Shown here piece after piece: positions 52,701-64,000 of a DNA stretch of 64,000 bases. The stretch is from Phoronis australis (lineage: Eukaryota > Animalia > Phoronida). A model generated the notes under the pieces. The model was not told the origin of the DNA, made no database searches, and worked only from the letters and a program-made list of their open reading frames with translations. Where the stretch lies: contig NMRA01000318.1 of the NCBI GenBank assembly GCA_002633005.1, forward strand, positions 450,083-514,082. The letters are read 5' to 3'. Each line of letters begins with the position of its first letter. Positions within the stretch are counted from its first letter, which is position 1. Position numbers and translations under genes: made by a program.

Positions 52701-55700
52701 TACTTAACAATAACTTTTTGACAGAAGATTGTTTTGGAAAATTTCGAAGAACGCCCAGAAGGCTTCTTAGAGGAAATGCCAGCAGCAATCAAAACTGAAT
52801 ATCAACATGTTAAAAGACCGATCAACAAACATGATGAGGAACTTGAAAGCCTCAAAGCGCAGTGCACAGTCCTACAGCAGGAACTTGAGCAGTTTAAGAG
52901 TCAAGAGAAAAATCGCTTCCGCAAATACAAGGTTTGTGTTTTATCATAGCTTTTAAAATCTGGTATTTAAGGGATACATGTCCTGTTTCTGTTACATGTA
53001 TTTTCCCTCACACTGAATTCCATGCACAATTCCACTGGCACGGACTTTCTCTTGTGAATCCTTAGGATGGATAAGTATCTGCCGTAATGTTCTAACTGGT
53101 GAATGGGTCACCCTCATGCCACACTGCCCACAGATATACGTTTTAGTTCTTCCGACACACGTTTAGCGTACGGAAAAGATGTCATCGTTGAAGGACATTC
53201 TCTGATGTTACTGTCACTCACCCTATCTGCATTCGTGATCGTCCATCTTGTGTAACCGCACTTAGCGAGAGCCTGGTTCACGTGTGATCTCTCCTCTCCA
53301 CTGTTCCGGGACCCGAAACTATGGTTTCCTTTTTGTATGAGAGAATCTAAGTTACGACACAATTCTCCTCTAAAGGTTGGTAGGAGTCGAATGCTGGAAA
53401 CGTCTTTCAACTGTGACACCTTTTCCAGACGCTAAAAGGTGTGGCCAGCATGGCAAATTAGCGGTGGCCCATGAACAGGTTAGAACATTACAGTAGATAT
53501 TAGTACTTCTTAAAGATGTGCAACAGAAAGAGCGTGTTCGTGGAATTATGTATGAAATTCAATGTGAAAGGGATAACTGCTAGGCTACGTATGTTGGAGA
53601 AACAGAAAACCGTTATGTGCCAGAATGGAAGGGCTGTTGGTGATGGTGTGTCTTCTGCTGTTTTACTCATCTCCAGGACACAGCTCCAGAATTTAAAATT
53701 GTCAATCGTGAGAGAAAAACTATTTTCAGAGAGGTGTCCAGGAGGCTTTGTTAATCAATTCACCCAATCTCCAACTTAAGAAACAAGGAGGACTTCGGTT
53801 CGAAATGCCGCATGTTAAAGCAGAAGACAACTTCCTTTTTCGTGTAAGTTTTAGTAAAAATGTGATTCGTTGATTATTCAGACATTTGTTTCGGTTAATA
53901 ACTGCTTCCCGAAATTTTATTAATTAGTTGTGCTTTACTTCGGAAGTGCCGTTTAGGGGATTAAGAATTTCCCGCCATTTCTTCTTCATGTAGTCTGACT
54001 GTTAGACCTGACGAGTCAGTCATGGCTTTACCTCGGATGTAACAAGTTCGGTTGTCGTTTGCGTTTGTTTACGAGTGAACATGCCGCAAGATTGCTGCGT
54101 ACCAGGGCGAACTCATTATCGTCTTTGGGTATGCCATTACACCGCTCTCCGAAAGATGACACGCTCCGCCGTACATGGCCTGTTCGTGTGAAGAACGCAG
54201 CGTTACCGTCCACACAACTTAAAAAACTGTGGAGAACTACCGATTGTGTGACAAGCATTTTCTGCCTTTGAATTACGAAAGAGATATGTGCATGGAATTG
54301 ATGAGAGTTCCTTGTAAAAGAACCCACGAAGAAGGGTGCCATACTGCCGCTGTTGATTCCTGGTAGTGCCCCGTAGCTACCCCCCGAGAAGTGCATTTTG
54401 GAAGCGAGAAGCCTTGCGAGCTGTGGTCTCTACAATGGCTGAGGCCCTTCACCTACTGTCACCCGTGCCTCCGAACTTACCACCAGAACGTGCAATTCCG
54501 GGAACTAGCAGTGATTCTCCCTGTACTGGTGTTGTCTCCAGCCCAAAGCCTGTAAGTAGCCCTGCGGTGATGTTGATTAGTGGGAGTCAATACAGGCCGA
54601 TTTCGACACCCAGTGAGAGAACAATTCGTCGTTCAGTAATCAAGCCGGTGAACTAATTTTTTAAGTTCATTCTGGACTTCACTAAAGCATTGGTGCTATT
54701 TGGAATGTGCCAGGTGGGTGGCGAGGGAGTCATATGGCTGGATGTAAGGGGTTTAGGTGTTTAGGTCACCATCAAGTGGGAACAGAATAGGCATTCCGTT
54801 AAGATCGACATGATAGTGCACACTTAGCCTTGCACCAACACGTCCCACCACGTCTGTCCTCAGTTTCTGCCTCATCCCTCTCAACAGCTGTCTGTATTCC
54901 GCCTCACTAAAAGATTCCTAAATCCAACACAATTGAGTTCTCTAACAACCCAGCTTGTCGTAGAATACTCGTCGATGGGAAGTGGTGACAATTTTAGGAG
55001 ATCAGCATGAAAGCTCAGATCCTCATAGTAACTCGAATGCACTAGAAACGATTTACATGAAATGTTTAATCCCCTAAACGTCACTTCCTGAGTAGTGCAC
55101 GACTATTTAATAAAATTACGAATAGCTGTAATTAAGTGAAGCATGTGTTTGGGATAATCAACGGACCGTATTTTATAAACATGACACGAAAAAGGTTGCC
55201 TTACCCTTTAAGGATGAGTGTTTGCATCAGGCTGTTAACCAGAAATGATTTCGTGATAAAACACGAGACGACGGTTCCCTAACCTTCAGGACCACCTTCC
55301 CTTTGAAGGAGGTATGATGTCTCCGAGGTGCTAGGAGTTTATTATTTTGAGTATTGTCGCCTTAATTTAATTGGAATACAAGTAAACTGTTACTTGTTAG
55401 GAAATCTCCACGACTTCCAGAGACCTGATTTGGGAAACGTTGAGTTGTGGAGTCGATCGTGGATACAGCCACACTTTCGTGAAACAAGTGCGATGTTTTC
55501 TATCGCGTGTAAAATTTTGGTCTCTTGATCGATTTTCTCTTAGCTGATATCATTCGAAAGACCAGAAAAATATATATTATTACGTTGAGTATGTTTTCCA
55601 TAAATTCCACAGATTTTGTGTGGAAGTACAAAAATATTTTGAACAGGCGTCGAAAATGAGTACACTCATGTTACAATATCTTTTTGACAGCGTCTTGTTC

Positions 55701-56724
55701 GCGCAAATTTTCGAAAAATCGAAAACGACGTATCAAAGAAGTCACGAGCAGTCAAACATGAAGTTCAAGGAAAGGCCGACAGAGCTGAAGTTGAGGAACT
55801 CAAGGAGAAATTAATATCCACAGATCAGAAACTTGACCAGTTGTTGGAAACTATCACCAGAGATGACAGGGTTTGTGTTTTATCGTGGCTTTAAAGTGTA
55901 GTAATTCCGGGGACGTTGTCTGTTTTGGGCTTACATTTGGATATTGAACAATAACTGTCCTTTCTCAAAGTGTTTTGTCATACCGAAAGCTTATTTCAAT
56001 TTATCTTGTTTGATTTCACTATTTCATTCAATTTGCAGTACAATGGATCAACCTCTAATTCCTTGTCATTTGTGTATTAATTTTGCCACACAAAAATCAT
56101 GCCTTTGTCTAATATACGCTGGGTCATTCGTTACGGTATGTTGTAAGTGCAAACAGCTGCTCACTCTGAAGAACGAATTGAGATACTGTAGAATGTTTGG
56201 TTTTTTATTGATTGTATGTCGAGCACGCCAAGTGTGGGACATTAGCGTAATATTTGGTACCAATTAGTGTTACAAATGATGGAGTTTTACCCAAGTTATA
56301 AAACCATAATCTCTGTATGCACTATGCTGACTAGGGTGACTCACATTTCAAAAAATTGGCCAATTCATTATATTTACCACAAATTTTACTTTCAAAAAGA
56401 AAAGTTCATCGTAATGCTTCGGGGAGTGTTTCTTGTTATGGGGTCGAGCAAAGTATATGAAGGCTATGTCAGTTCAAAAAAGCTACCTGTATTGTGAAAC
56501 AAAAAGGATTAGTGGACATCTTCATGTTAATATAATTGTGACAATTATATTGTGTATGTTCTGTTCATCAGGGTCATCGCGATGAGCCTACCACGAAGGG
56601 CATGACGATAACGGATGCTTTCAAACGTGCAAAACAGGGATATCAAATCTTCTGTATGATCAGGGACATCTGGGATACGATAAAGCCCTCAAGAGGGAGT
56701 GGAGAAACCGCGATGAAGTCATAG
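49766..56724 (+). CDS. Locus B: spliced small coiled-coil protein (186 aa if all exons are used); exons 49764-49786, 52725-52931, 55691-55870, 56572-56724
   Basis: All junctions are AG/GT and phase 0, giving MTTDEVK-KIVLENF...RKYK-RLVRANF...TRDDR-GHRDEP...AMKS* with no internal stop. An upstream exon ends ctag|gt at 49670. The introns are homologous to locus A. Confidence 0.68.
51060..52400. mobile_element. Penelope-like element in head-to-head inverted arrangement (minus about 51060-51808, plus about 51810-52400)
   Basis: The minus arm starts at YLAFDSHHPL and runs through GIY-YIG remnants. The plus arm restarts at VTSFPYVKGV. Both are the same family as 46890-47700. Confidence 0.85.
52971..55910 (+). 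repeat. Tandem duplicate of about 51384-52970 (Penelope arms plus coiled-coil exon), later interrupted by a Kolobok
   Basis: 53030-53420 aligns with 51445-51830, and 55212-55690 aligns with 52215-52724. Confidence 0.88.
53819..55207 (+). mobile_element. Kolobok DNA transposon (internally deleted): THAP remnant on plus, KolX-like remnant on minus
   Basis: TTAA TSD (53815-53818 / 55208-55211), AG...CT termini and imperfect TIR AAG.CAAC..CTTTTTCGTG. The empty site GTTAAAGATGAGTG is at about 52211. THAP remnant MPQDCCVPG...LHRSPKD..LRRTW...YRLCDKHF (54081-54360). Minus-strand EDRRGGTCWCK...CTIMSILTECLFC (54760-54870). Confidence 0.88.
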
Positions 56725-58959
56725 TGATCGAGCAGGAAGAAAATGGTCGCCGTGTTGTGTCTATAGTAAATTTATACTATATAAAGCGACTAAATAAATT
56801 TTGTGAGAATTCTGAACTTTTTTAAGTAACTTGTATTTTGCTGTTCACGTGGAGTACCGTATGCAGTCGAATGCCTTCACTTTCTGTTAGTCCTAAAGTG
56901 ACACGTTTCAGTTTATTTGACCTTTAAAGGATGTTTTAGTTCATTCCCAAGTTTGTTCTTGATGTTTTGTCGGTTGCTTGCTTTGTACCTTGAGTTTTCG
57001 AATTTTCGCCCATTTGAGTTACACGCGCTTATTAGTTTTAATCCTTATGTCGTTTACCTGCTTCACTCATGAGAGAATAAATGAGTTTAAATCCTCGTCT
57101 TTGGTTATGGTTGACACCCTTGGCAGCCAGTGAAGACATTTTGTTAAGACCTCCTGTAGTTTAACTTGGTAAGTGTACTTTGGTAAAAAAGCTTTTAGTC
57201 AAGCATGTAGTGTTGAAAACGCACCTCACTTTATAAATTTTAAAGATGTCCACTCATAGAGAGGTTTCAAAAACATTTTGTATTCAGGGTAACTATGGAA
57301 AAATGCTGTAGACGTGCTATTTTTTGTCGTTCGTTGCCTTTTTTCGTAACGCGTCGTCGCCTACCGCCCTGCCCCCCCCCCCTCGTACATGTAGGTTAAT
57401 TTTCAGCCATACAAATGAAAACTCTACCTTTGTATCAACTCTATATCTCTTCAAGTCGTCCCAATAGAACCTTTTTGAGCTCAACTCGAAGTTCGAGGCA
57501 AATTAAGCGCCCGTAAAACATGGCATTAATCCGTACGCGCTTTTGAGAACACAATGGCAAGCATGTGAGCATCCGGGTAATCACACCGTTTACTGTAGCG
57601 CCTTCTGAATGTTGTTGTGTTGTTGGCCGATATTCCGTATTGAAATTCTTTGTTTTTTGCCACTTACGTCTTGATACGACCTTGCCTTAACTGTGCCACT
57701 TGCCCGTGCAATAAGCCAATGGGTTGTTGTACGGTCACGTGACCATAAAAATAACCATCGTCACGTGACCAAAACAGAACTACTTTCTACGGTTGTAATT
57801 CCAAACATTCAACCAGATCAAGCTGAATAAATTATATGGATTTACGCTTACTAAACAAACGTGATACACTGGAGAGCATTTGGTAATTAAAACTGCAAAT
57901 TCTCCTCAAAATAAATGCACATTTTTTGCCACTCTAACTTTGTTTTCACTCCTTCCCCAAACTCACCCATTCACGATAGCTTGTAAATAAAGCCGGTGAA
58001 ACTGATGATTGTAAATGGCAGTGGTAAGTACAGTAGCGTTCTGTTTTCATTATTTTGAGGTGTAAAAATAAAAGTAGTGATGCCCAATTAAATTCAATCA
58101 AAAACTTTTATTCATATGACCATAGATTACAGACAACTATAGTCTATGATATGACGCATCAACAGGATTTGTGTGCCTTCAATACGGGACCGAAGCAGAA
58201 ACCAAGTACGTATCAAAGGAGATCAAAGTAACCATAGAAATATTGCTAAATAAATATCAAATATACACAAAAATTCGGCCTCGTGAGAATAAGCACACGG
58301 CGCATCATAACACACCCACATAAAACACGTGTAGTCTAACATATATTTCATAACCAAGTATTCTAATCTTCTTCTTAAGACTGGAGTAAAAATTTTGCTT
58401 CTGATATTCAGTAGTGTTATACCTCTGTTGTTATCAAGTTCTTCATCGCCAGTTTTAAATCAAGGGAATATTAAACCAGTTAAACATTTTTGGAAAACTA
58501 GTTTTTTAAGAAATTGGGAGAGTTTCATTCAATCGTCGCACAAAAGAACTATTGAGTGCCACTATAATCTTAGAGAAGGCTTCCATTTTGGCGACTGAAA
58601 AGTATAACTGCAGCCGAACTTTTTCATTCCCAACATTCACTGAAAGTGTAATGCCTATCTCAAAATTGCCATCAAACCTGGCCTGCCCCAAATATTTAAT
58701 TTCGGTAAATTGCCCGCTGCTACAGTCTAACTGTACGGGGCCACGTTTATAAGAATCAGTAAAAAACATTTACGTTGTAATAGACCCGTCTTAATTAGGT
58801 CTAAATGACCAACAAATGTTTAAGTGTCCACTAATTGAGGTCATATGGCAGGCGATAAAAGCAACTCCATTTGTGACGTCATCAAGTGTAAACACCAAGG
58901 ACGAATGAAAAATGAAAACACTCACAGTCTCGGTGGATTTTTGTTTTTTTTTAACCTAA

Positions 58960-59140
58960 TGGGTGTCAATTGGCAAAGATAACGACAATATGACAAAAGT
59001 TACAGGAGGTGACATCACACGTCATGTGGTTGCTGGCTTTTTTCGCCTGCCGATCAATATGTTGGTTTCAGGCACTAAAAATATGCTGAGAGAGACGGAG
59101 CCTACTGTGTCCCCAGAAAATACGATAATGTCCTCGGATT
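58960..59140 (+). repeat. Dispersed repeat also present at 33425-33590
   Basis: Shared CAATTGGC.AAGATAA...GGCTTTTTTCGCCTGCCGATCAAT.TGTTGGTTT...GGAGCC.ACTGTG.CC.CAGAAA.TACGATAATGT. Confidence 0.8.
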
Positions 59141-60258
59141 TGTGTTGATAGATATGTTACACGACAGACAATATCTAGTATTTTTTGCATTCAACCTCCC
59201 AAATTTTGACGATTGCCTGGGTTCCCAGTCAATCAACTTGGTGATATGTAAAACTGCAGTGATATGGTATGTTGTTGGAGTTGTTCTCGGTCTGAAAACA
59301 ACGATGCAATGCCAAGTTTGGTTCTTGAAATTAAGTACTTTCTCACATTCAGATTGGGATACGGCAGACTCTTTTGAAGCCGAATGTGGGAAATTAGCTA
59401 GACCTGTGTAACTGGTGTTTTCTTAACAGCACAAATGTTTGTGAATTTCGGGACTGCAAATGCTTGTGAAGCCCGGGACTGCAAATGCTTGTGAAGCCCA
59501 GTGCGTATTTCGAGCACAGACAGGATTATTGACACGATTGTCGTACATCACATAATGTTAAAAAGATCAAAGACATCGAATTGCAATTTAATATAAATGG
59601 CTGGTGGTTCGACAACGCTAGCCCATTCATGTCTGAAAAAACGCATATCATTTTTTTTTGTTCAAATTGATAACTAGTCGACACAAACGGCTTAAAAATC
59701 ATTGTTGTAAAAATGCATTGAATTCTGTAAAACGACTATTGGACGTATCCCCTTTCGTGAAGTAGCTATTAACGCCCGCGAGTAGATAAATTTCCAGACT
59801 AAAATAATATTTCTAAATGATGAATAAGCTTGGACCTAGAAACCATGAAAATGATGGTTTCTGCTTCATCTTGTCATTCTGACTACAACTGTTGCGTCTG
59901 GTACTGTAGTTTAGCTTCTACCAATAAAAGTAAATTATAAAGATGTTGAATCAAGTTTTTCGATTTTCCTTAATCTATTGTCTAGATCTATTATAAAGAG
60001 ACTTATGTATGCTAACAATTAAAAAGTACGACAAATACGCCAAACTGTCAAGTTCGGTTCATTCAACCATACCAAACAGCATAGCTAGAGATTAGACTTG
60101 AGCTGCAAGAGGTAGAGAATTATGCTACAGTATCATGGCAAGTTTGGAGAGCTTGGATGACCTTGACTTTCTATGAAAAAAGAAGAGACTAGAGTACACT
60201 TATAGTTTGGTGAGAGTGATAGGTAACTTTAACTGAAATGGACTTTGCTGTCATAGAA

Positions 60259-61459
60259 CAGGGCCGTAGGAAGACAAAAATTGTTGGGGGGCACATACGA
60301 ATTCGACTTCGTCAAACTACCCTCCCCCTTCCTATCCCCCACCCCCCTCCCCCTCCGCATAACGTAGAATTGTGGGACTTGAGGACTTGACAGGGACCTC
60401 AGGGGTCTCACACTCCACTGATTTATCCACATTATTTGAAAACGCTTTGCCCAGTCACACATTGTGTGTCATAAAAGAGATAAGCATACCTGCAGCTGAC
60501 TCAGCAAGTAGATCTACTCTTGTTTATCGCATTGGTGTAGATTCACAGTTGAACTATGGTTTTTTGTTGACCCCAGACCGTCCGGAGTTGCACCATATAC
60601 GGACGGTCTCTCACAATGATTTTGCGTTATGGGATGCCCATAGGCACAATTGCCCCGAACCGCCCCACCGAAAGATACTTCCGAAATGGGACACCTTTTA
60701 AAAGATGAAAGGTTAAACATCATTAACCTTGGAAAAGAGTTACACTTCATTCCATCGTCGTGTGACCCTGCAAGAAGTGACCTTCCTCAATATGGAAGCC
60801 GGTTGTACGATTTCACAAAAACACGAAAATAGAGGTGAGCGGCCCCTTTAGAATTTCTCAATAATAACACGAAACGGGTGGTCACTTGAATGTCATCAAT
60901 GGCACCCTTCAAGGGCTGGGCCCCTGAATGTAAAAAGATCTATATTTTTAAAAATCAGGAAATTCACAGCAAATGATGTTGTCTTTCAGGTCATCAATTT
61001 TTCTCAAGTGATACACAATTTTGAGAGAAATAAACGACAGTTGCCTCCTTTATACCTTGCCAGAGAGGCTGTGGAAAAACATAGTTTTGCATTCGCAAAA
61101 TTGTTCTATTGACTTTACAAATCCAGTGAACGCAAAAGCTTCGTTTTACAAATTTTCTCAATTTTTCGAAATATATATTCGAATGAGTACCTTTACACAA
61201 CCTGTGTTGCAAAAACGGAGACCCTAACAACAATGGCCTTGCCAGCGCCCTAAAAGGGTAAACCATGCAGTGATACTGAGTTGTCAAATGCTCTCTTGAA
61301 TTTTTCTCTTATCAGTAATTTGCAGTCACCGCTTTCTTTTCTCGACTGTCCCCGGCTCCACGCCTATGTTTGTTTCCGCGGTTTAACCCTGACGCCAGCA
61401 AGTTTTATGGGAGGCACGTGCCCTCCCACCCCCAAACCGCTCCGCTTTCTACGGCCATG
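60259..61459 (+). mobile_element. Non-autonomous hAT-like element with 5-bp TSD (TAGAA/TAGAT), inserted in a minisatellite unit
   Basis: TIR CAGGGCCGTAG / CTACGGCCATG. The flanks rejoin to the unit GACTTTGCTGTCATAGAT...GAGACTAGAGTACCCTTG. A faint dimerisation-domain-like PVNAKASFYKF..IYIRMST lies near 61100-61190. Confidence 0.78.
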
Positions 61460-61519
61460 TAGATCGACATGAGACTAGAGTACCCTTGGCGAGTTTGGCT
61501 ATGGGCAGCGAAAAGGTTC

Positions 61520-61775
61520 AAAATAGACAACACTGCCAAATAAACAAGTGGTTTGACAAACAGACAAGTGGTTTGCTAAACAGACAAGTGATTCGTCAAA
61601 TAAACAGGTCAAGAATGCTATGGTTTTCCAAACAGACAAGACAACTTTGCAGATTCTGTCGGATAAACAAGTGAGTTGGCAAATGATTAAGTAGGTTACC
61701 AAACAGACAAGTAACCTGGTAGGCTCAACTTGTCGAACAGACAAGTCATTTGTTAAACGAAAAAGACAAGCACGG
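61520..61775. repeat. Short-period repeat of AAA(C/T)A(G/A)ACAAGT, about 20 bp unit
   Basis: About ten degenerate copies. Confidence 0.75.
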
Positions 61776-62625
61776 CAAATGAATAGAGGGCGCTACTTGA
61801 AAACGAATGACGTCACGGAGTCTCAATCTGACTGATCCCCGAACCTGCATTATGGTATTTTTATTTTGGGATGAGACAAAAACTGCATGCTGCGGCTTTG
61901 CGCCATTGGACGTTTTGAAGCTGTAGCTGAAAGGTGATCACAAAATAACAAACCTGATCACACATGATTGCAGGTCATAATATTAACGGTTTGACTTCAA
62001 ATTATGGAATAACGATTAATTGGCGGGGTGGCCGAAAAAAGCTTTGAATACCTGTTTGTGTACGTGGTCGTGAAACAGTTCAATCTACCATTTACTTTTA
62101 ATCAGCGGCTTGGTTTAAACAAGCAAACGCATCACGATTCCATAAATTTATTTAAGAATGGTCGATGACAAATTGAGAACAGTCCTATGAACGAATTTCA
62201 GTCTTCACTGCAACAGATCACCAATAACAACTTTTTGGAATTTTTGTGCTCATTGCAGGGCTCATGACTTCGTGACGTCAACCGTATTTCTTTTAAGAAA
62301 CAAAAAATAAAAGTTGGAACAGCGCCATCTGTCCTGTCTGTTCGACTACTACGTCTGTTTGGCAAGGGAGCGGGACAATGTCAACGAGCCAATCCAGGTG
62401 GAAGTGACGTAGTTCACGCGCATGCGTTCTATCAAGAAGGATTCCCTTTCTTTACATCCTGTCGAAGTGTTTTTGTTTTAGCAGAGAATTTCTCGATTTT
62501 CAAGCACTGTGACAGCGGCATTGGATGAATTTCGACATGGTACTTGTGCCTGATTTATTATATTTTATGAGCTAACAGAAACCAATGCTCTTCGTGAAAG
62601 GCGCCGCCTGTTTAAAAATGTGTGT

Positions 62626-63010
62626 GTGATGATACCTGGATCAGCTAGTTGACATTTGCAAAATGTCAACCAGCGGAGTCAGGTAGGACCAAGCATTTGT
62701 ATTTTTGTGATGATATCTGGATCAGCTAGTTGACATTTGCAAAATGTCAACTAGCGGAGTCAGGTAGGACTTAGCATTTGTATTTTTGTGATGATACCTG
62801 GATCAGCTAGTTGACATTTGCAAAATGTCAACCAGCGGAGTCAGGTAGGACCAAGCATTTGTATTTTTGTGATGATACCTGGATCAGCTTGTTGACATTT
62901 GCAAAATGTTAACCAGCGGAGTCAGGTAGGACCAAGCATTTGTATTTTTGTGATGATACCTGGATCAGCTAGTTGACATTTGCAAAATGTCAACCAGCGG
63001 AGTCAGGTAG
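62626..63010 (+). repeat. Young 81-bp tandem repeat, about 4.75 near-identical copies with an internal palindrome
   Basis: Units start at 62626, 62707, 62788, 62869 and 62950. Each contains GTTGACATTT-gca-AAATGTCAAC and CAG|GTAG. Confidence 0.95.
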
Positions 63011-64000
63011 AACTAGTTGTATGGTAATTCAGAAGTGTTTTTCAAAAATTTCAGGTTATTTGCATGGAATTTTTTGATGGCGTTGTGCTACCCGATAGCA
63101 ATACAGGTAACTATATGAAAATGTTGAATTTCCATGTGTAAGTTATTCACAGGTGCACAATTAATTGGTGACATATGTAACTCACTGTGCAATTTTAGGG
63201 CAATTCCTGATAATAATTAAGTTTCATTGTCATTCTAGTGATCATTTTTAAATATTACACATTTCATTTTTAGGATGGCCATATTTACTCACTAGTTATG
63301 ATATTGTTTCATATCTTTCAAGTTATTCAATTTGTTTAAAAGTTAGCATCACAAAGAGTGTTAATTCCCAGCTTAGACGTCTCTGTGATGATGATCTTGT
63401 GCAAAAGGCCAAATCGATACATAACACACATGGACGGCGCACCATAGGGGGCTGGGAGGGCTATAGCCCCNCAGTGGAAACCGATTCTGCATTCTGGAAC
63501 ATAACACACATGGACGGCGCACCATAGGGGGCTGGGAGGGCTATAGCTCCCCACTTTTTTCAGTGCTCCGGCGCCCATGGTCTATGGGCGGTGTACCACA
63601 GGGGGATGGGGGGCTGCGCCGCCCATGACACATATGACAGTTTGTCTTTGATTCTACAAACATTGACTATCATGATCTTAAGTGATTGTCTTTTATATTT
63701 TGAAACTTTAAGGTTTTGTTTTGTGATATTATTTTAAGGATGAGTCCTCATGCAGCGGACAAGCTTACTTAATAATAACATTATTTTGCTTTCTCATCAG
63801 ATCACTGTCAAGGCTCAGCAGAGTTTATTCATGAAGACCATGGGCATTTTCAGTGTTGTTGCCTTACTCGAAGGGAAGTAAGCAGTAAGAATTTTGTCCT
63901 GATGTGCCACCACTCCGTTCATGTAGGAGGATACCCAGCCGTACCAGGCCTCTTCCCTGTGAAAGTCATAAAGAAAGATCTCTGCACACACATAGAGAAA

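Noticed and set aside
27123-59500. Small perfect tandem doublets (27123-27164, 37995-38051, 59449-59499)
   Set aside because: Ordinary 20-28 bp slippage duplications with no further structure.
62626-63010. CRISPR array (palindromic repeat)
   Set aside because: The whole 81-bp unit repeats, so there are no unique spacers. It is a tandem repeat.
63420-63546. Exact direct repeat of about 47 bp
   Set aside because: An N at 63471 between the copies suggests an assembly join or trivial local duplication of a MITE end.

Overview
Repeat-rich, AT-rich eukaryotic (animal, probably invertebrate) genomic DNA with spliceosomal introns and one 64-N gap. It is not prokaryotic, and most ORFs in the track are spurious. 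The window is mostly decayed mobile elements: a Polinton/Maverick right end, a DIRS/Ngaro tyrosine-recombinase retrotransposon, several Penelope-like elements (one with a hammerhead ribozyme), two LINEs, hAT elements including a 5-bp-TSD family, Kolobok elements with TTAA TSDs and an ISL2EU/Harbinger-like element. There are also a 28S rRNA fragment, an EcKinase-like pseudogene and tandem repeats. The most interesting host signal is a pair of paralogous small multi-exon loci (about 2.8-12.4 kb and 49.6-56.7 kb). Each has a 23-nt micro-exon, phase-0 coiled-coil exon(s) and a short terminal exon. Their introns align clearly, while the exons have diverged far more yet stay open and in phase, which suggests a rapidly diversifying, exon-duplicating gene family. 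All family assignments come from motifs recognised by eye; no database search was run.
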